From: an uncultured Methanosarcinaceae archaeon
GTDB taxonomy: Archaea > Halobacteriota > Methanosarcinia > Methanosarcinales > Methanosarcinaceae
Length of the DNA: 64,000 nt
Reading direction: 5' to 3'
Assembly: GCA_963721455.1 (NCBI GenBank)
Contig: CAVRJG010000051.1
Coordinates: 1 to 64,000, forward strand
This document shows, one piece after another, positions 21,297-32,200 of the stretch. Numbering within the stretch: the stretch's first letter is position 1; each line of letters opens with the position of its first letter. The notes beneath the pieces were generated by a model. That model was not told the DNA's origin. It did not search any database and saw only the letters and a list, made by a program, of their open reading frames with translations. A program made the translations under genes and the position numbers.

Positions 21297-22091
21297 TTGA
21301 GGATGGACCGCCAGACATACCAGAAAATATACAGTTCACTGCATGACTTTAAAGATGTTTTCCGCCTCTCGGAGGAATATGCCAAACCTGCAGGCATGCT
21401 AGCAACAATTCTTAACCAGAAAATCGTGAAAAAGACAAGGTTCACGCACAGAAAGATTTATTCCAGAGAGAATGAAATCTTTTTAAAATGGAAGCAGGGA
21501 CGTACGATTCTTGATCTTGCGGAATATACCGGTTTTCCTCCGACCCTTATGGCGTCTCTAATTATGAAAAATTGTGACATTTCCAAGAAGAATATAAACT
21601 GGCTTTTCAAAAACATCGATTTAATCGAAAGCAGCCGCCTGAGAAAAGAGGTCCAGAAAGCCCTTGAGGCAGACCATTTCTTTTCCCCCCACGCCCACGA
21701 GATGCAATGTAAGAAAGGTGAAATGGGAGAAGAAGTCATCCGGAAATGGCTCGATGACAGGGAAATTCCGTATTGTACCGAAGCAGATATTCGGGCTCAG
21801 GGAGACGGCAAGACCCCGGATTTTGTCCTGGTAGACCCTATACGCATAGACAACCTCATGGTCAAATGGATTGAAAGCAAAGCCCTCTTCGGGGACGACT
21901 TCGAACATGAGCATTATTCGAAGAAGCAGTTCAGGGAGTACGCAGGTATTTTCGGAGAAGGTATGGTCGTCTACTGGTACGGTTATCTCGAAGATCTCCC
22001 TGCAGACGGCTACCTTGTAAAGAACTACAGTTTCTTTGAAGAGTACACAGAGGAAATTGACGGATTGTTTAATTATCTGGTATACTGGTGA
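21297..22091 (+). CDS. C15orf41/CDIN1-like (TPD) PD-(D/E)XK-fold protein
   Basis: GEMGE...KTPDF...WIESKALFGD...QFREY...FGEGMVVYWYG signature. Confidence 0.85.
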   Translation: MRMDRQTYQKIYSSLHDFKDVFRLSEEYAKPAGMLATILNQKIVKKTRFTHRKIYSRENEIFLKWKQGRTILDLAEYTGFPPTLMASLIMKNCDISKKNINWLFKNIDLIESSRLRKEVQKALEADHFFSPHAHEMQCKKGEMGEEVIRKWLDDREIPYCTEADIRAQGDGKTPDFVLVDPIRIDNLMVKWIESKALFGDDFEHEHYSKKQFREYAGIFGEGMVVYWYGYLEDLPADGYLVKNYSFFEEYTEEIDGLFNYLVYW

Positions 22092-22129
22092 ATTGGGTAA
22101 CAGCCCCGCTTTTCTGCACTCAGACGTTT

Positions 22130-25100
22130 TTAAAGCCTTACAATCGAGGACATATTAGTAAGAGGGTCTTTTTCTACCTGAAATACATGGTCTGCCGAAT
22201 CGATAAGGGATTCGTCATGGGAAACCACGATTATCTGGCCGACCCCTATGCTGCGCATCATATCTATGAGTTTCAAAAGCTGCCTTATATGCCCGCGGTC
22301 CAGGAAAACCGTGGGTTCGTCAAAGATCATTGGTGGAAGCCCATCTGCCCTATCTCCCCCAAAACCGAGGGCAAGCAACCTGTAGATCGCACAGCGCAGG
22401 ACAAGGTTAAAGATAGCACGTTCACCCCCACTCAGGAGTTTGGGTTCAAGAGGTGTTCCGTCTTTTCTGTAGACTGTAAGGTTGTATTCCGGGTCGAGTT
22501 CTATATGGGAATAAGCATTGTTTGTGTACATGAAGCCGAACATCTCATTTAAAAGGGCAGAAAGTGCGCCTATGTTCCTTGCCCGCATATCAGCCCTGAC
22601 GCGCATATAGGTATTCTCAAGCTCTTCGGCATTACTGTGTACGGCTTCCAGGTACAGTTGCCTGTTTTCGAGAGCCCTTTGTTCTTCTTTCAATTCCCTG
22701 AGGCGTTTTAAGCTATTCTCGACCATACCGATTTCTTTTAAAAGCGCATCTTTTGCAGCAGTCATTTGCCGGATTTTTTCTGTAATGTTTGCCTGAGCCT
22801 CTTCGAACTGGGCGCGCTTAAGCTGAAGGTCTTCTAGCCTGTTTCCCTCCAGTTTTTCTTCGAGCTGCTTTACCCTCTCACTCCGTTCAAGGATTTCGCG
22901 GTCAAAGAAACCGACCTTTTCTGTGAGGTTCCTGATCGAAGCCTCAAGCTCTGAGATTTTGTGCTTTGTGTTATCCATGCGGAACAGGTTTGCCTGGAGC
23001 TTTTTTGCCTGCAAGAGGAGCTTTTCGCTGTCCTGCTGGACTTTTTTTGCCAGCTCCTCTTTTTCCCGCATGGCTTCGAGATCAATCCCCAGAACTTTGA
23101 GTTTTTCTTCCTCAAGGGTCTCCCGTTCTGCAAGCCCTTTCAGTTTCTCATTCAACTCTCCAAGCCGCTGCCCGTGATTTTCGATTAGCGCAAGGGAAGT
23201 CCTTATTTTTCCATTCAGGGTTTCAATTTCCGAGGCGTTTTCGGCAAGCTTTTTCTCTAAAGCTTTTGCCTCCCGAAGAGCTTTTTCACTCTCACCATGA
23301 GCTTTTTGGGCGGCCTCCTCCCAGCCCTGCAGGGCTTTAATATCGGGAAGGAGCTGGCCCATTTTAGCCTCAAGCTCCTGTTTTTGTTTATTAAGGCCTT
23401 CCAGTTTAAGGGAATCTTCTTCGGTACGGGTCCTGTGGATCTCTATCCTTTCTTGCAATTCCTTTGCCTTATCACTGAGTTTTTCGGTTTCCAGGTCGTA
23501 ATCCGAGATCCTTTTCTCCAGCTTTTTTGCGTCCTTGAGCCGGTTGAGCTTCTTCTCAATCTCAGCCTGCTGGAGCTTTATATCCATAAGTTCTGCTGCA
23601 AGCTTTTCTTTCTTCTGTTCGGATTCCTCTGTCGTGCAGGCAATTTCAGACCCTTTAAGCTCCTGCCCGCAGGTAGGGCATTTTCCTTCGGCAAGCAGTT
23701 GCAAGTTTTTACGGATAACTTTCTCAAGTTCCCTGAGGGTAGCCTCAAGCTCTTTTTCCCGACCATGCAGCCGATTTTTATTTTCCAGCAGAAGCTCGCT
23801 GAAGTATTCCAGGTCTTCGAGCTGTTCCCCGGTAAAGCCCAGTCCCTTTAAACCTGCTGAGGCTTCGGATTTTTGCTCCCGGACTCCCAGAACTGCCCTT
23901 CCGTTTTCCCTGAGTTCCTCTTCAAGAATCTCAATCTCTGTCTTGCCTTTCCGAACTGCAATCCTGTAATTTTGAAGTTCTTTATCGAGCGTGATTAAAT
24001 TTATGTCTTCGGTTTCTTTCTCCTGAGAGGCAAGGGCAAGCTTTGCAGACACTTCGCTTTTCCTGTCACGAAGAAGGCTTTCTTTTTCTTCCAGTTCCTT
24101 TATATATAAAGAAATCTCGTGAGCTTCTCCGACTTCTGCCTTTTCTTTAAGCCCTTTGATTTCCTCCTCGATTCTCCGTATACTTTTCCTGTTTCCTTCG
24201 ATTTCCCCGTTTGTAGCCCCGATATCCGCTCTGCACTGCATGAAAATGCGTTCAGTCTCAACCTTTTCTTTTCCGAGGTCGCGCAAGGCCTGAGCGTGAG
24301 CTTCTTCTTCTCTGAGGAGGAGAGCAAGTTCTTTCAAAATTCCATTTACCTTTTCCCTGGCAAGAAACTCTTCTTTTTCCTGCCGCAAGATCAGGGTTTC
24401 AATATCAAGGCTTCCAAAGCCGCATTCTTCCCTGATAGAATTGTTTTCTTCTCCCAGTCCAAGCAAAACCTGCCTTTGATCCTGGGTTTCCCCTGAAAAG
24501 GTTTCTTTTTCCCGGAAGCAGCCAGCCTTGTTTTCCTGGGATTTAAGTATAGCCTGCTTAAGGGTCCCAATCTCCTGCAGGCGTTCCCTGTACTCTGCAA
24601 TCATCAGGTCGTGTTTTTCTTTGCGGGCAGCTGCAAAATCTTTTTTTTCATTAAATTCTTTTAAGGCGGAATCGCTTTCCTTTACCTTATGCCTGAGCCC
24701 GTTCAGTATGGCAAAAGGCCCTGTGCTTTCAATTCCCTCAATCTCAGCTTTCACGCCAGAAAGGCTGTTTTTTGTGTCCCTTTCAAGTCTTTTGACCGCT
24801 GTTTTTGCGCTGCCTGTCCTTTCCCTGTATTCTTCAAGCTTGCCAAGCTGCAGCAGGTCATCGATCATGCGCTGCCTGTCTTTCGGTTTCGCATTAATAA
24901 GTACATCAATTTCCCCCTGCCGGATGTAAGCACAGTTCCTGTATGCCTCCTCATCCATATTCAGGAGAGAACAGACCTCTTCATAAGTCCGCGTGGTCTG
25001 GTCTACAATACTTTCTCCGTCGGCATAGAGCACACATTTGGAGCTCGAAGCGTTCTCATTTTTAAGAGAATACCTGAAAGCCTGCTCGATAAGGTATTCC

Positions 25101-25342
25101 CGCCCTAAATGCTCGAAACCCAGGCTGATTTTTGCATTCTCTGCCCCCTTGAAGATCACGTCCGCAAGCACAAAATCCTTTGAAAGGATCTTGCTCCCGA
25201 AAAGCCCCATAAAGCAGGCTTCAAGCAGGCTGGACTTTCCGCTCCCGTTAACCCCGGAAATGACTGTCACTCCGTCTTCGAAAGTGAAATCCAGCTTTTT
25301 GTAGCTCCGGATATTTTCGATATACAGGTTTTTCAGCTTCAC
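22130..25342 (-). CDS. rad50: DNA double-strand break repair ATPase Rad50
   Basis: Walker A GVNGSGKS, Q-loop, long coiled coil with CPTC zinc hook, LSGGE, FDEPT and VSHD. Confidence 0.96.
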   Translation of the reverse strand: MKLKNLYIENIRSYKKLDFTFEDGVTVISGVNGSGKSSLLEACFMGLFGSKILSKDFVLADVIFKGAENAKISLGFEHLGREYLIEQAFRYSLKNENASSSKCVLYADGESIVDQTTRTYEEVCSLLNMDEEAYRNCAYIRQGEIDVLINAKPKDRQRMIDDLLQLGKLEEYRERTGSAKTAVKRLERDTKNSLSGVKAEIEGIESTGPFAILNGLRHKVKESDSALKEFNEKKDFAAARKEKHDLMIAEYRERLQEIGTLKQAILKSQENKAGCFREKETFSGETQDQRQVLLGLGEENNSIREECGFGSLDIETLILRQEKEEFLAREKVNGILKELALLLREEEAHAQALRDLGKEKVETERIFMQCRADIGATNGEIEGNRKSIRRIEEEIKGLKEKAEVGEAHEISLYIKELEEKESLLRDRKSEVSAKLALASQEKETEDINLITLDKELQNYRIAVRKGKTEIEILEEELRENGRAVLGVREQKSEASAGLKGLGFTGEQLEDLEYFSELLLENKNRLHGREKELEATLRELEKVIRKNLQLLAEGKCPTCGQELKGSEIACTTEESEQKKEKLAAELMDIKLQQAEIEKKLNRLKDAKKLEKRISDYDLETEKLSDKAKELQERIEIHRTRTEEDSLKLEGLNKQKQELEAKMGQLLPDIKALQGWEEAAQKAHGESEKALREAKALEKKLAENASEIETLNGKIRTSLALIENHGQRLGELNEKLKGLAERETLEEEKLKVLGIDLEAMREKEELAKKVQQDSEKLLLQAKKLQANLFRMDNTKHKISELEASIRNLTEKVGFFDREILERSERVKQLEEKLEGNRLEDLQLKRAQFEEAQANITEKIRQMTAAKDALLKEIGMVENSLKRLRELKEEQRALENRQLYLEAVHSNAEELENTYMRVRADMRARNIGALSALLNEMFGFMYTNNAYSHIELDPEYNLTVYRKDGTPLEPKLLSGGERAIFNLVLRCAIYRLLALGFGGDRADGLPPMIFDEPTVFLDRGHIRQLLKLIDMMRSIGVGQIIVVSHDESLIDSADHVFQVEKDPLTNMSSIVRL

Positions 25343-27138
25343 AGGTAATCACCAAGGTTATACTGTCGAAGTGCAGCAGGCTTTCCTTTTCTCTTTTTCT
25401 GCCCTGCCTTTGCCGTTTTTCCGGCTGTATCCGGAGTCTTGACCAATTTTTCTTCCGAAAGCCTGTCTGTTTTGCCTTCTGCCTCCATTCCGGGACTGGC
25501 GTCAACTCCGGGTTCAACCCAGGATTCAGGCAGGTTTCCAGCTTCTTTTTCAGGCTCTTTTTCGCCATCTTCTGAGAGCTCAATTTCTTTTACAGGGCTT
25601 TCTGCAGGGTTTTCAGAACCTTCTTGAGGAAAAGCCGGTGTAGAGGCAGGTTCGGATGCCGGTCCAGAACTCTCCGGACTCACGGCAGAAGGTTGAAAGC
25701 TCTTTTTTTCAGGGCTTTCAATTCTTTCTGAAGCCCTGAGAATTTCAGAATTTCCAGTAATTTCAGAATTTCCAGTAATTTCAGAATTTCCAGTAATTTC
25801 AGGGTTTCCAGCAATTACCCCGACAAATTCAGCTTCTCCAACAGATTCATTTTCTCCGGCAAGTTCATTTTCCCTGGCTGGTCTGATCTCCTCATCAGGC
25901 CCAATTTCATTACCCGGCCTGGCTTCTTGAGACTCATCAAATCCGACAGGGCTGGCAGGAATTTCTATCCTGAAATCCGGGTCTTTGAAGTCTCTAGCCT
26001 CAATAAGCTTCAAAAGCCGGCCTTCGGTCTCTTCGTCCACCCTTGACCTTGAGATGTTCGGATTCCGGACAACTTCATCAACAATCAGCCCGCCATCGTT
26101 TAAGCTCATTCTCCTGATCTCGTTTGCAACTGCATGGTCAGGGTCAGAAAAAGTTACTTTCAAAACATCGTCCGGGAAAGACTCTTTAATTCTCAGGTCT
26201 CTGACCCTTGGAACGAGAACTCCTTTATTCAGCAGGTATTCCTCAATCTCGCTGAAGGAAAGAACTACTCCCGAATCCCCGGAAATTTCCAGAAACACAA
26301 CTGATCCGTGGAGCTCTTCAAGATGCTCGTTTACTGCAGAAAAAATCTGTTCATAGGGTTTCTCTTCCCCATCCAGTTTTGCTGGGATAAAAAGGAAATC
26401 ACGGGTAGGAATTGTTCGCCTGCTGATCTCCAGTCCCCCGTCTGAAAGAGTGATAATGTTATAGGAACGGGGTTCACTTTCCGACGCGCTGTTTCGTTCT
26501 GTACTCCCGGGGTAAGTGACCCAGGCGTCCCCGACCTTAATTTTTTCATATTTATGATAATCGCCAAGAAGAATCGCATCAGTCTTAAACGGGAGCTTCT
26601 CAAGCACCTCAGCACAGTCCCATTCCGCATACGGAAAAGGGTGCATGATCTGGTGCATTACAAGCAGTTTCCAGCAGTTTTCCGGAAGGGAAAAAAGGGC
26701 AGAATCCGGAGCTTCAAACCCTGAATAGTCGAATAAAGGAATCTTTGACTTCGGGACGCTGTCGATCCCGTAAATTGCCGCATTCCCTACCATCAGCGGC
26801 TTTTTCCCAAGCCTTGCCGCAAGCCCCATTTCCTCAAAGAGGTCGAGCCACTGGGTATTCTGCTTGCTCTCATGGTTCCCGACAATTCCAAAAAGAGGTA
26901 TGCCAGCAGCCTTCAGCCTGGACAGGATATTCATTGTCTCCAGCAGGTCTTCAAGGGTCGGGTTCCTCGAATCAAAAAGGTCTCCCGCATGCACGACAGC
27001 ATCAACCTGCATCTCAACCGCATCATTTACAACAACCTCAAAAGCCGCAAAAAAGTCCTTTCTCCGGACCTCACTGTGGTACTGCCTGTATCCCAGATGC
27101 GTGTCTGCAGTGTGGAGTATCCTTATTTCCCTGGCCAT
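25339..27138 (-). CDS. mre11: DNA double-strand break repair nuclease Mre11 with a long acidic C-terminal tail
   Basis: HTADTHLG, GDLFD, GNHE, GDYH and YPGSTER phosphoesterase motifs; overlaps the rad50 start. Confidence 0.95.
   Translation of the reverse strand: MAREIRILHTADTHLGYRQYHSEVRRKDFFAAFEVVVNDAVEMQVDAVVHAGDLFDSRNPTLEDLLETMNILSRLKAAGIPLFGIVGNHESKQNTQWLDLFEEMGLAARLGKKPLMVGNAAIYGIDSVPKSKIPLFDYSGFEAPDSALFSLPENCWKLLVMHQIMHPFPYAEWDCAEVLEKLPFKTDAILLGDYHKYEKIKVGDAWVTYPGSTERNSASESEPRSYNIITLSDGGLEISRRTIPTRDFLFIPAKLDGEEKPYEQIFSAVNEHLEELHGSVVFLEISGDSGVVLSFSEIEEYLLNKGVLVPRVRDLRIKESFPDDVLKVTFSDPDHAVANEIRRMSLNDGGLIVDEVVRNPNISRSRVDEETEGRLLKLIEARDFKDPDFRIEIPASPVGFDESQEARPGNEIGPDEEIRPARENELAGENESVGEAEFVGVIAGNPEITGNSEITGNSEITGNSEILRASERIESPEKKSFQPSAVSPESSGPASEPASTPAFPQEGSENPAESPVKEIELSEDGEKEPEKEAGNLPESWVEPGVDASPGMEAEGKTDRLSEEKLVKTPDTAGKTAKAGQKKRKGKPAALRQYNLGDYL
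25741..25816. repeat. 18-bp in-frame tandem repeat (TGNSEI) x3 plus one degenerate copy in the Mre11 tail
   Basis: Unit aatttcagaatttccagt. Confidence 0.9.
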
Positions 27139-27745
27139 GGTTCTATCAGTCTCTAATTTTTATCCTATAAGGATTTCTATATTAGTATTTAACTCATTTC
27201 CACAGAACCAAATCTCACCCGAATCAGGAAATTAATAAACTAGCGCCAGAAACTCAACTCACTCGCATAAACTTTACGTAAAACTCTAAGATAAAACTCC
27301 GACGGTCAGTGGTTTAAGAGGCTTATATTAGTCCAGAGAAACCTGAATAGCATCTTCCGGTCGTTCCTGTCCCGCGCATCTGCGCGGTTGGAGCCGATTG
27401 GCTATGATTAAATGAAAAAGTGACTTCAACCACACTGGAAAAAATCGAGTATCAAAAGAACAATTATTGAGCGGTGGACGACCAAATATTACAAAGTGAA
27501 TACATTTTGGGATGTTGGGGATTATTAGCACTCCTGCTACTCTTAGACAAGCTATTATTAGCATCTCTCTAAGCTTGTTGAAAACTCCAATAATATCGAA
27601 AAACAATCATTAACGGCTGTTCTTTTCCTTCCATCGAAAGCCGTATATGCTCATCAATTCAATTATTCGTAACGCAGATAAATTAAAAATCAGTTTAATG
27701 ATTATACATATAAACAGTGAGATAAAACCCACAGGTGAAAACCGT

Positions 27746-28279
27746 ATGAGTCAAGAAGATTATATGCTAATTCTGGGAACGAACGTGTACGCAAATCCAG
27801 AGTATACAGTGTCATATGAGGTGGATAAGGACACACGAGACAGGATAAACCTGTTTACCCTGGAAAATCGCGAGAATGGCTTGATTCTGACAACCGAGAT
27901 CCGGGATGAACACGCCAACCTTATAGCAAAAATAGATAAAAACGAGGTTACTCAGGTTAACGAGAAATTTGATGTACAGGGAGAAATCGAGAAAGAACCA
28001 GGCCTCACGCTGACAGGAAAAGAAGACGGTACTGTTATTTTCAATGCCAGAATCACAGAAGATGGGTACGTTGCAGTAACCGGACTTTTTTATATCGGAG
28101 GCAAGAAAATCCATATAAGTGATGATACAGTAAAAATAGACGATGTAACCCGGCAGACCATAAAAGGAATGAATATACACGATAACTTTTTTGTTGGGAT
28201 TGGCGATATTACGATAACCGATGACGGTTTGAAGTTTTATACCCCGGCTGATTGCAACCCACATGATTGCAATTTATAA
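27746..28279 (+). CDS. Hypothetical beta-rich protein (start probably ATG 27746)
   Basis: RBS AGGTGA upstream of MSQEDYML; intact ORF. Confidence 0.7.
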   Translation: MSQEDYMLILGTNVYANPEYTVSYEVDKDTRDRINLFTLENRENGLILTTEIRDEHANLIAKIDKNEVTQVNEKFDVQGEIEKEPGLTLTGKEDGTVIFNARITEDGYVAVTGLFYIGGKKIHISDDTVKIDDVTRQTIKGMNIHDNFFVGIGDITITDDGLKFYTPADCNPHDCNL

Positions 28280-28483
28280 CCGGAATTTCAATGTTCTCTC
28301 ACACTAAAAAGGCAAAGGAATAAAGAATTGAATGAAAATTGAGCGCTTGATATCACAAAAAAGAAAAGCCTCATCTTTCTCAGATTAAATGGCCAACTGC
28401 CGGTAATTAACTCCTACAGGTAAAAACATAAATTATTGGGTTTTACTGAATTAGAGAAGTTAAAAATAATCTCCGCAGGCATC

Positions 28484-29090
28484 TCACCTGCGGAACAGGG
28501 CAAAGGCCAATGCAAGAACTGAAATTGAGCCGGCAAGTGTGAAAGCTGGCGCTGATGAAGATGTGGACGAAGGTTCGTTTTCTGAAACTGGCTGTTCCTC
28601 AGAAATTGGAGCTTCACCTTTGTAATGCTCGTTGGAGATGGTGCAGTAGGCGACGGTAAATTCACCATTTAATAAGTGTTCACTCGTTCCAATTCATCAA
28701 TTTGATACACAATAGTCAATAGGTATCGATCCACCTGCCCATTTTTCAGTTGGTTTTACTGTCCATTCATATAAAATAGTGAGATTTTCTTCCATTACAT
28801 CTGCCCAGAATATATATTCATTTTTGAAGTTGGACCATCTACAATTCAAAATATCCGTCTCCCATTTCACTTAACTTTACAGATACTTCTGATTTTTGAT
28901 ATACAGTTAGATTAATACCTAACATTAAAAGGCTCTCCAATTTTTAAAGACGGTTTTGCAATTTCTTTTCCAGGTAAAAGCTTATCATTATAGTAAACAT
29001 CCATTTTACCATATGGACTGTCTGCAGTAGCATATTTCTGCTAATAAAATCACACAATAAAATTCCAATAATAACCAGTTTTGTTTTCAT
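28484..29090 (-). pseudogene. Sarcinarray-family (MAST-domain-like) exported protein with multiple frameshifts
   Basis: Reconstructed across frames: MKTKLVIIGILLC (signal) / ADSPYGKMDVYYNDKLLPGKEIAKPSLKIGEPFNVR / INLTVYQKSEVSVKLSE / VDGPTSKMN / YEWTVKPTEKWAGGSIPID / NGEFTVAYCTISNEHYKGE...APAFTLAGSISVLALAFALFRR* (PAF-TM-RR anchor). Confidence 0.8.
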
Positions 29091-29254
29091 GATTTCTCCA
29101 CCTAATTCTACAATAAGATCATTCATATCCAGCTGATTTTTCAGTAGCAACCACCTGTTTTATCTCCAACACCTTTTGGACCTGGACCAACAATCGTAGA
29201 AGCAGTATCCACTAAAATGAAACGTCAGTCGGTGTATTTTTTCCAATCCAGATA

Positions 29255-32200
29255 CTACTTCCATCTATCGTTTTTTCTGGAGGGATGATTTATGTGTTCT
29301 TCTTGCCTCACATACCTCTGCCCTTTATGCCCGAAATAAGGCTCTGGAATCACCTCGTTATCATTGTCGATAACAGTAAACACCTGATATTTTCCCACAA
29401 TCTCATAAGTCCAAACATTTACTGTAAAAATCCAGTGCGGTGGCAATACTGGCAGCCCGCATGGGACAGCCGCCATCGTCCTGTCCAGCCTTTTTGAAAC
29501 CTTGTTTCCCATCTCTCCTGAATACGTGTCAACAGTTTCATTTGCCAGGTTTTTCAGTTCACTGTCAACCTTACCGAAGCTGGCGTCAAGAGCTTCGCCT
29601 TTATTTACGGTAACCGAGCAGATACCGTTTGCAACACCGATTCTGATATCAGTATCAACTCTATTCAGAGTGGCTTCAAGTTCATCAGGTCCAACAGGCG
29701 GGTTTGAATTTCGGATTTCGGATTTTACGACGGCGGAGAGTTCAGAGGCGAGTTCATTTGTAGTGGATTTTTGAATTACCCGGTCGTCGGAGAGGCTGTT
29801 AAGGTAACTTGTTGTGAGTGCCCGGACTCTATTTTCCTTTATCCAGCCTGAAACAACCGGATTTGAACTCACTTCAGAGGCTACCTTTTCAATTATCTGA
29901 AACCTCATTTCCTGAGCGTATGTGTGCTTCAGGTTAGAGACTTCAGTGTTGAGACGGGTTGTATCCAGGGAAACATTCTGTTCGCTCAGGTTCTGCTCAA
30001 GAAGGAGAACTTCTGCGTTCAGGGTGGAGACGCCCTGGCTGATCTGCTGGGAAGTTTCGGTTTTTACGGATTCGCCGCTTGAAGAAATTGCATCTGCGAT
30101 CTCCTCGGAAATGCCGGTTGTGAAAACGCAGGTATTCCGGACGCCGAGGGGATAGATTGTTTTTCCGGTCATGGAATCGGTCCATTCGTATTCTTTCCTG
30201 AGGTCAAAGTCAGGGTCATGATAAAGGTAGTTCGGTTTCTGGTCAATAATCAGGGTCAGGTTTTCAGTCCAGTTGTATTTGCTTTCCGGCTGGCCGGTGA
30301 CGGTCATTGTGGATATGATGCCCATATCTTCCCCTGGAGCTGAAGCAGCCCTTTCAATTGCCGGGTTATTGAAAAGGGTCATCGGGCCTGAGGTCACGCT
30401 GTCAAGCATACCGGTATCGAGGCCTTTTTCCTCAAGGGCATCGAGGATGTAGGAATTGAGGTCAGAGTCCAGCTTACTGTTTTTCCGGTCAATGTCTTCA
30501 AGCAGCCTGTTGTAAGCTTCATTTTTTGCAATGTAGCGGGCAGAATCGCTTGAGGTGTACATTTTCCCTGAAGGCGTGAGGTACTGCCCTTTGTTTACGT
30601 AAGTATCCCGGCTTTTTTCCAGGGCCAGAATGAGTTTTTCGGCAGCTTCTACCTGCAGGTCTGTCGGGTCCCGGCCCGGAGATTCAACAAGAGAGTAATT
30701 GAAGGCTGGATTATCCTTTTCGACAGAATCGAGCATTTCCAGCACCTCTTCTGCCATTATCCTGTGCAGCCACGGCGGGATATCGCAATTTACCCCATGC
30801 CGGGCCAGATATTTCCCGTCAGGGTATGCCCAAAAATTGCTCTCGATTGCCCTTAAATCCACATAGGAATCCCTGTATTTGTCGCCAGCATCGGAACAGC
30901 ACGGGTCAAACCTTTTACTTTCATCTATACCGCTGTCTACACCGTCCGAATAAACTGTTGTTTCCCTGTATTCCCGTTCGATGGGATCAGCATAAGTTGA
31001 CAAACCTGTATAGCCGCCTGCCGGAGGGCACCTGTGGTAAATTACTGTCAGTTTTTCGGCTTCGGTTTCGGTGTGGGAAAAGGATTCCAGATTGGTTTTG
31101 CCTGCAGTTTCGGAGTCCGAACCGCTTGACGTATCGTAATGTGTCGCAGTCGTATAATTTCCATCAGGCAGCCGTTCTCTTGTTTTCCACCTGTAGGTAT
31201 AATCATAACTGTAATCTATTTTCCATGCAGTTCTTATTTTATAGGAAATATCGTACCTGATTCCCCAGTCAAAAATGTGGTCTTCCCGGTTCAGGTAGCC
31301 TTCGTTCCTGTTTTCAACCGTAAGTCTATCGTTACTCGCGTAAGAGTAATGAGGCTCAATATTAACATCACTTATATCGGCAGAAATCAGGCTGACAGAT
31401 GCTCCTGTAACAGACCAGCTGACCACACTCCCTTTCGGCGGGTCAATTGAAGGGCTTAAGGATTCGGAATAAGAATTTCTATTGAAATCGCTCCAGGAAT
31501 AAGGAGGCACAAGAGACCCTTTATGCCTCCCTGATGCGAAATATTTTGAATCCCAGCTAACGGTTTGCCCGCTGCAGGAAACTGAACTGCTGTCGAAATC
31601 CGCAGTGACTGCAGAGGCAAGCGGGTCTGGAGAATCAAAGCCGTCTCTTATTATTTGCCCCTGTACCGGAGCCGTATAAACGCTATCCGTGACGGCATGG
31701 ATAAGGTCAGGTTTTTTCTCTGTCCACAAATGGTCATTGAAGACCCAGCCATCGAGAACTCCGTCTGTATAGTCCGAGGCTGAGACTGTTATTTCCGAAT
31801 ATTCGGAAAGCTCCTCAAAGGAGGTATTTGTCTCTTTAAGGGATTGTCCGATGCTTTCTTCAACGTCCAGGGAAAAAGACCTGTTCTGTGCAAGCGAATC
31901 ATAAGTGGTTGTGAGGTTTACGCCTCTATTCTCTTCATATGCACTCTTATTATTTTCATAAAGGGACCCTGAGGTGTTGAGGCTGGTAGAGAGGCCTGAG
32001 CCTGTTTTTCCGTTGCCGGAGGTGAAAACGTCTTCATAGAGGACCTTCCCGTTGTAGTAGGTTGTGTAGGTGAGAGCCAGAGGGTCAACCGAATCAAAAA
32101 CCTTTTTCTGGGTATAAAGTGTGGCCCCGTTAATTGAGCTTGAAAGGGCAGGGTTGGTCAGGATGTTTAGAGGGCCGTTTGCATAATGCTGCCAGGGACC

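Noticed and set aside
27328-27606. 92-aa ORF upstream of mre11 as a herA remnant
   Set aside because: No recognisable HerA or ATPase motifs in any frame I could read.
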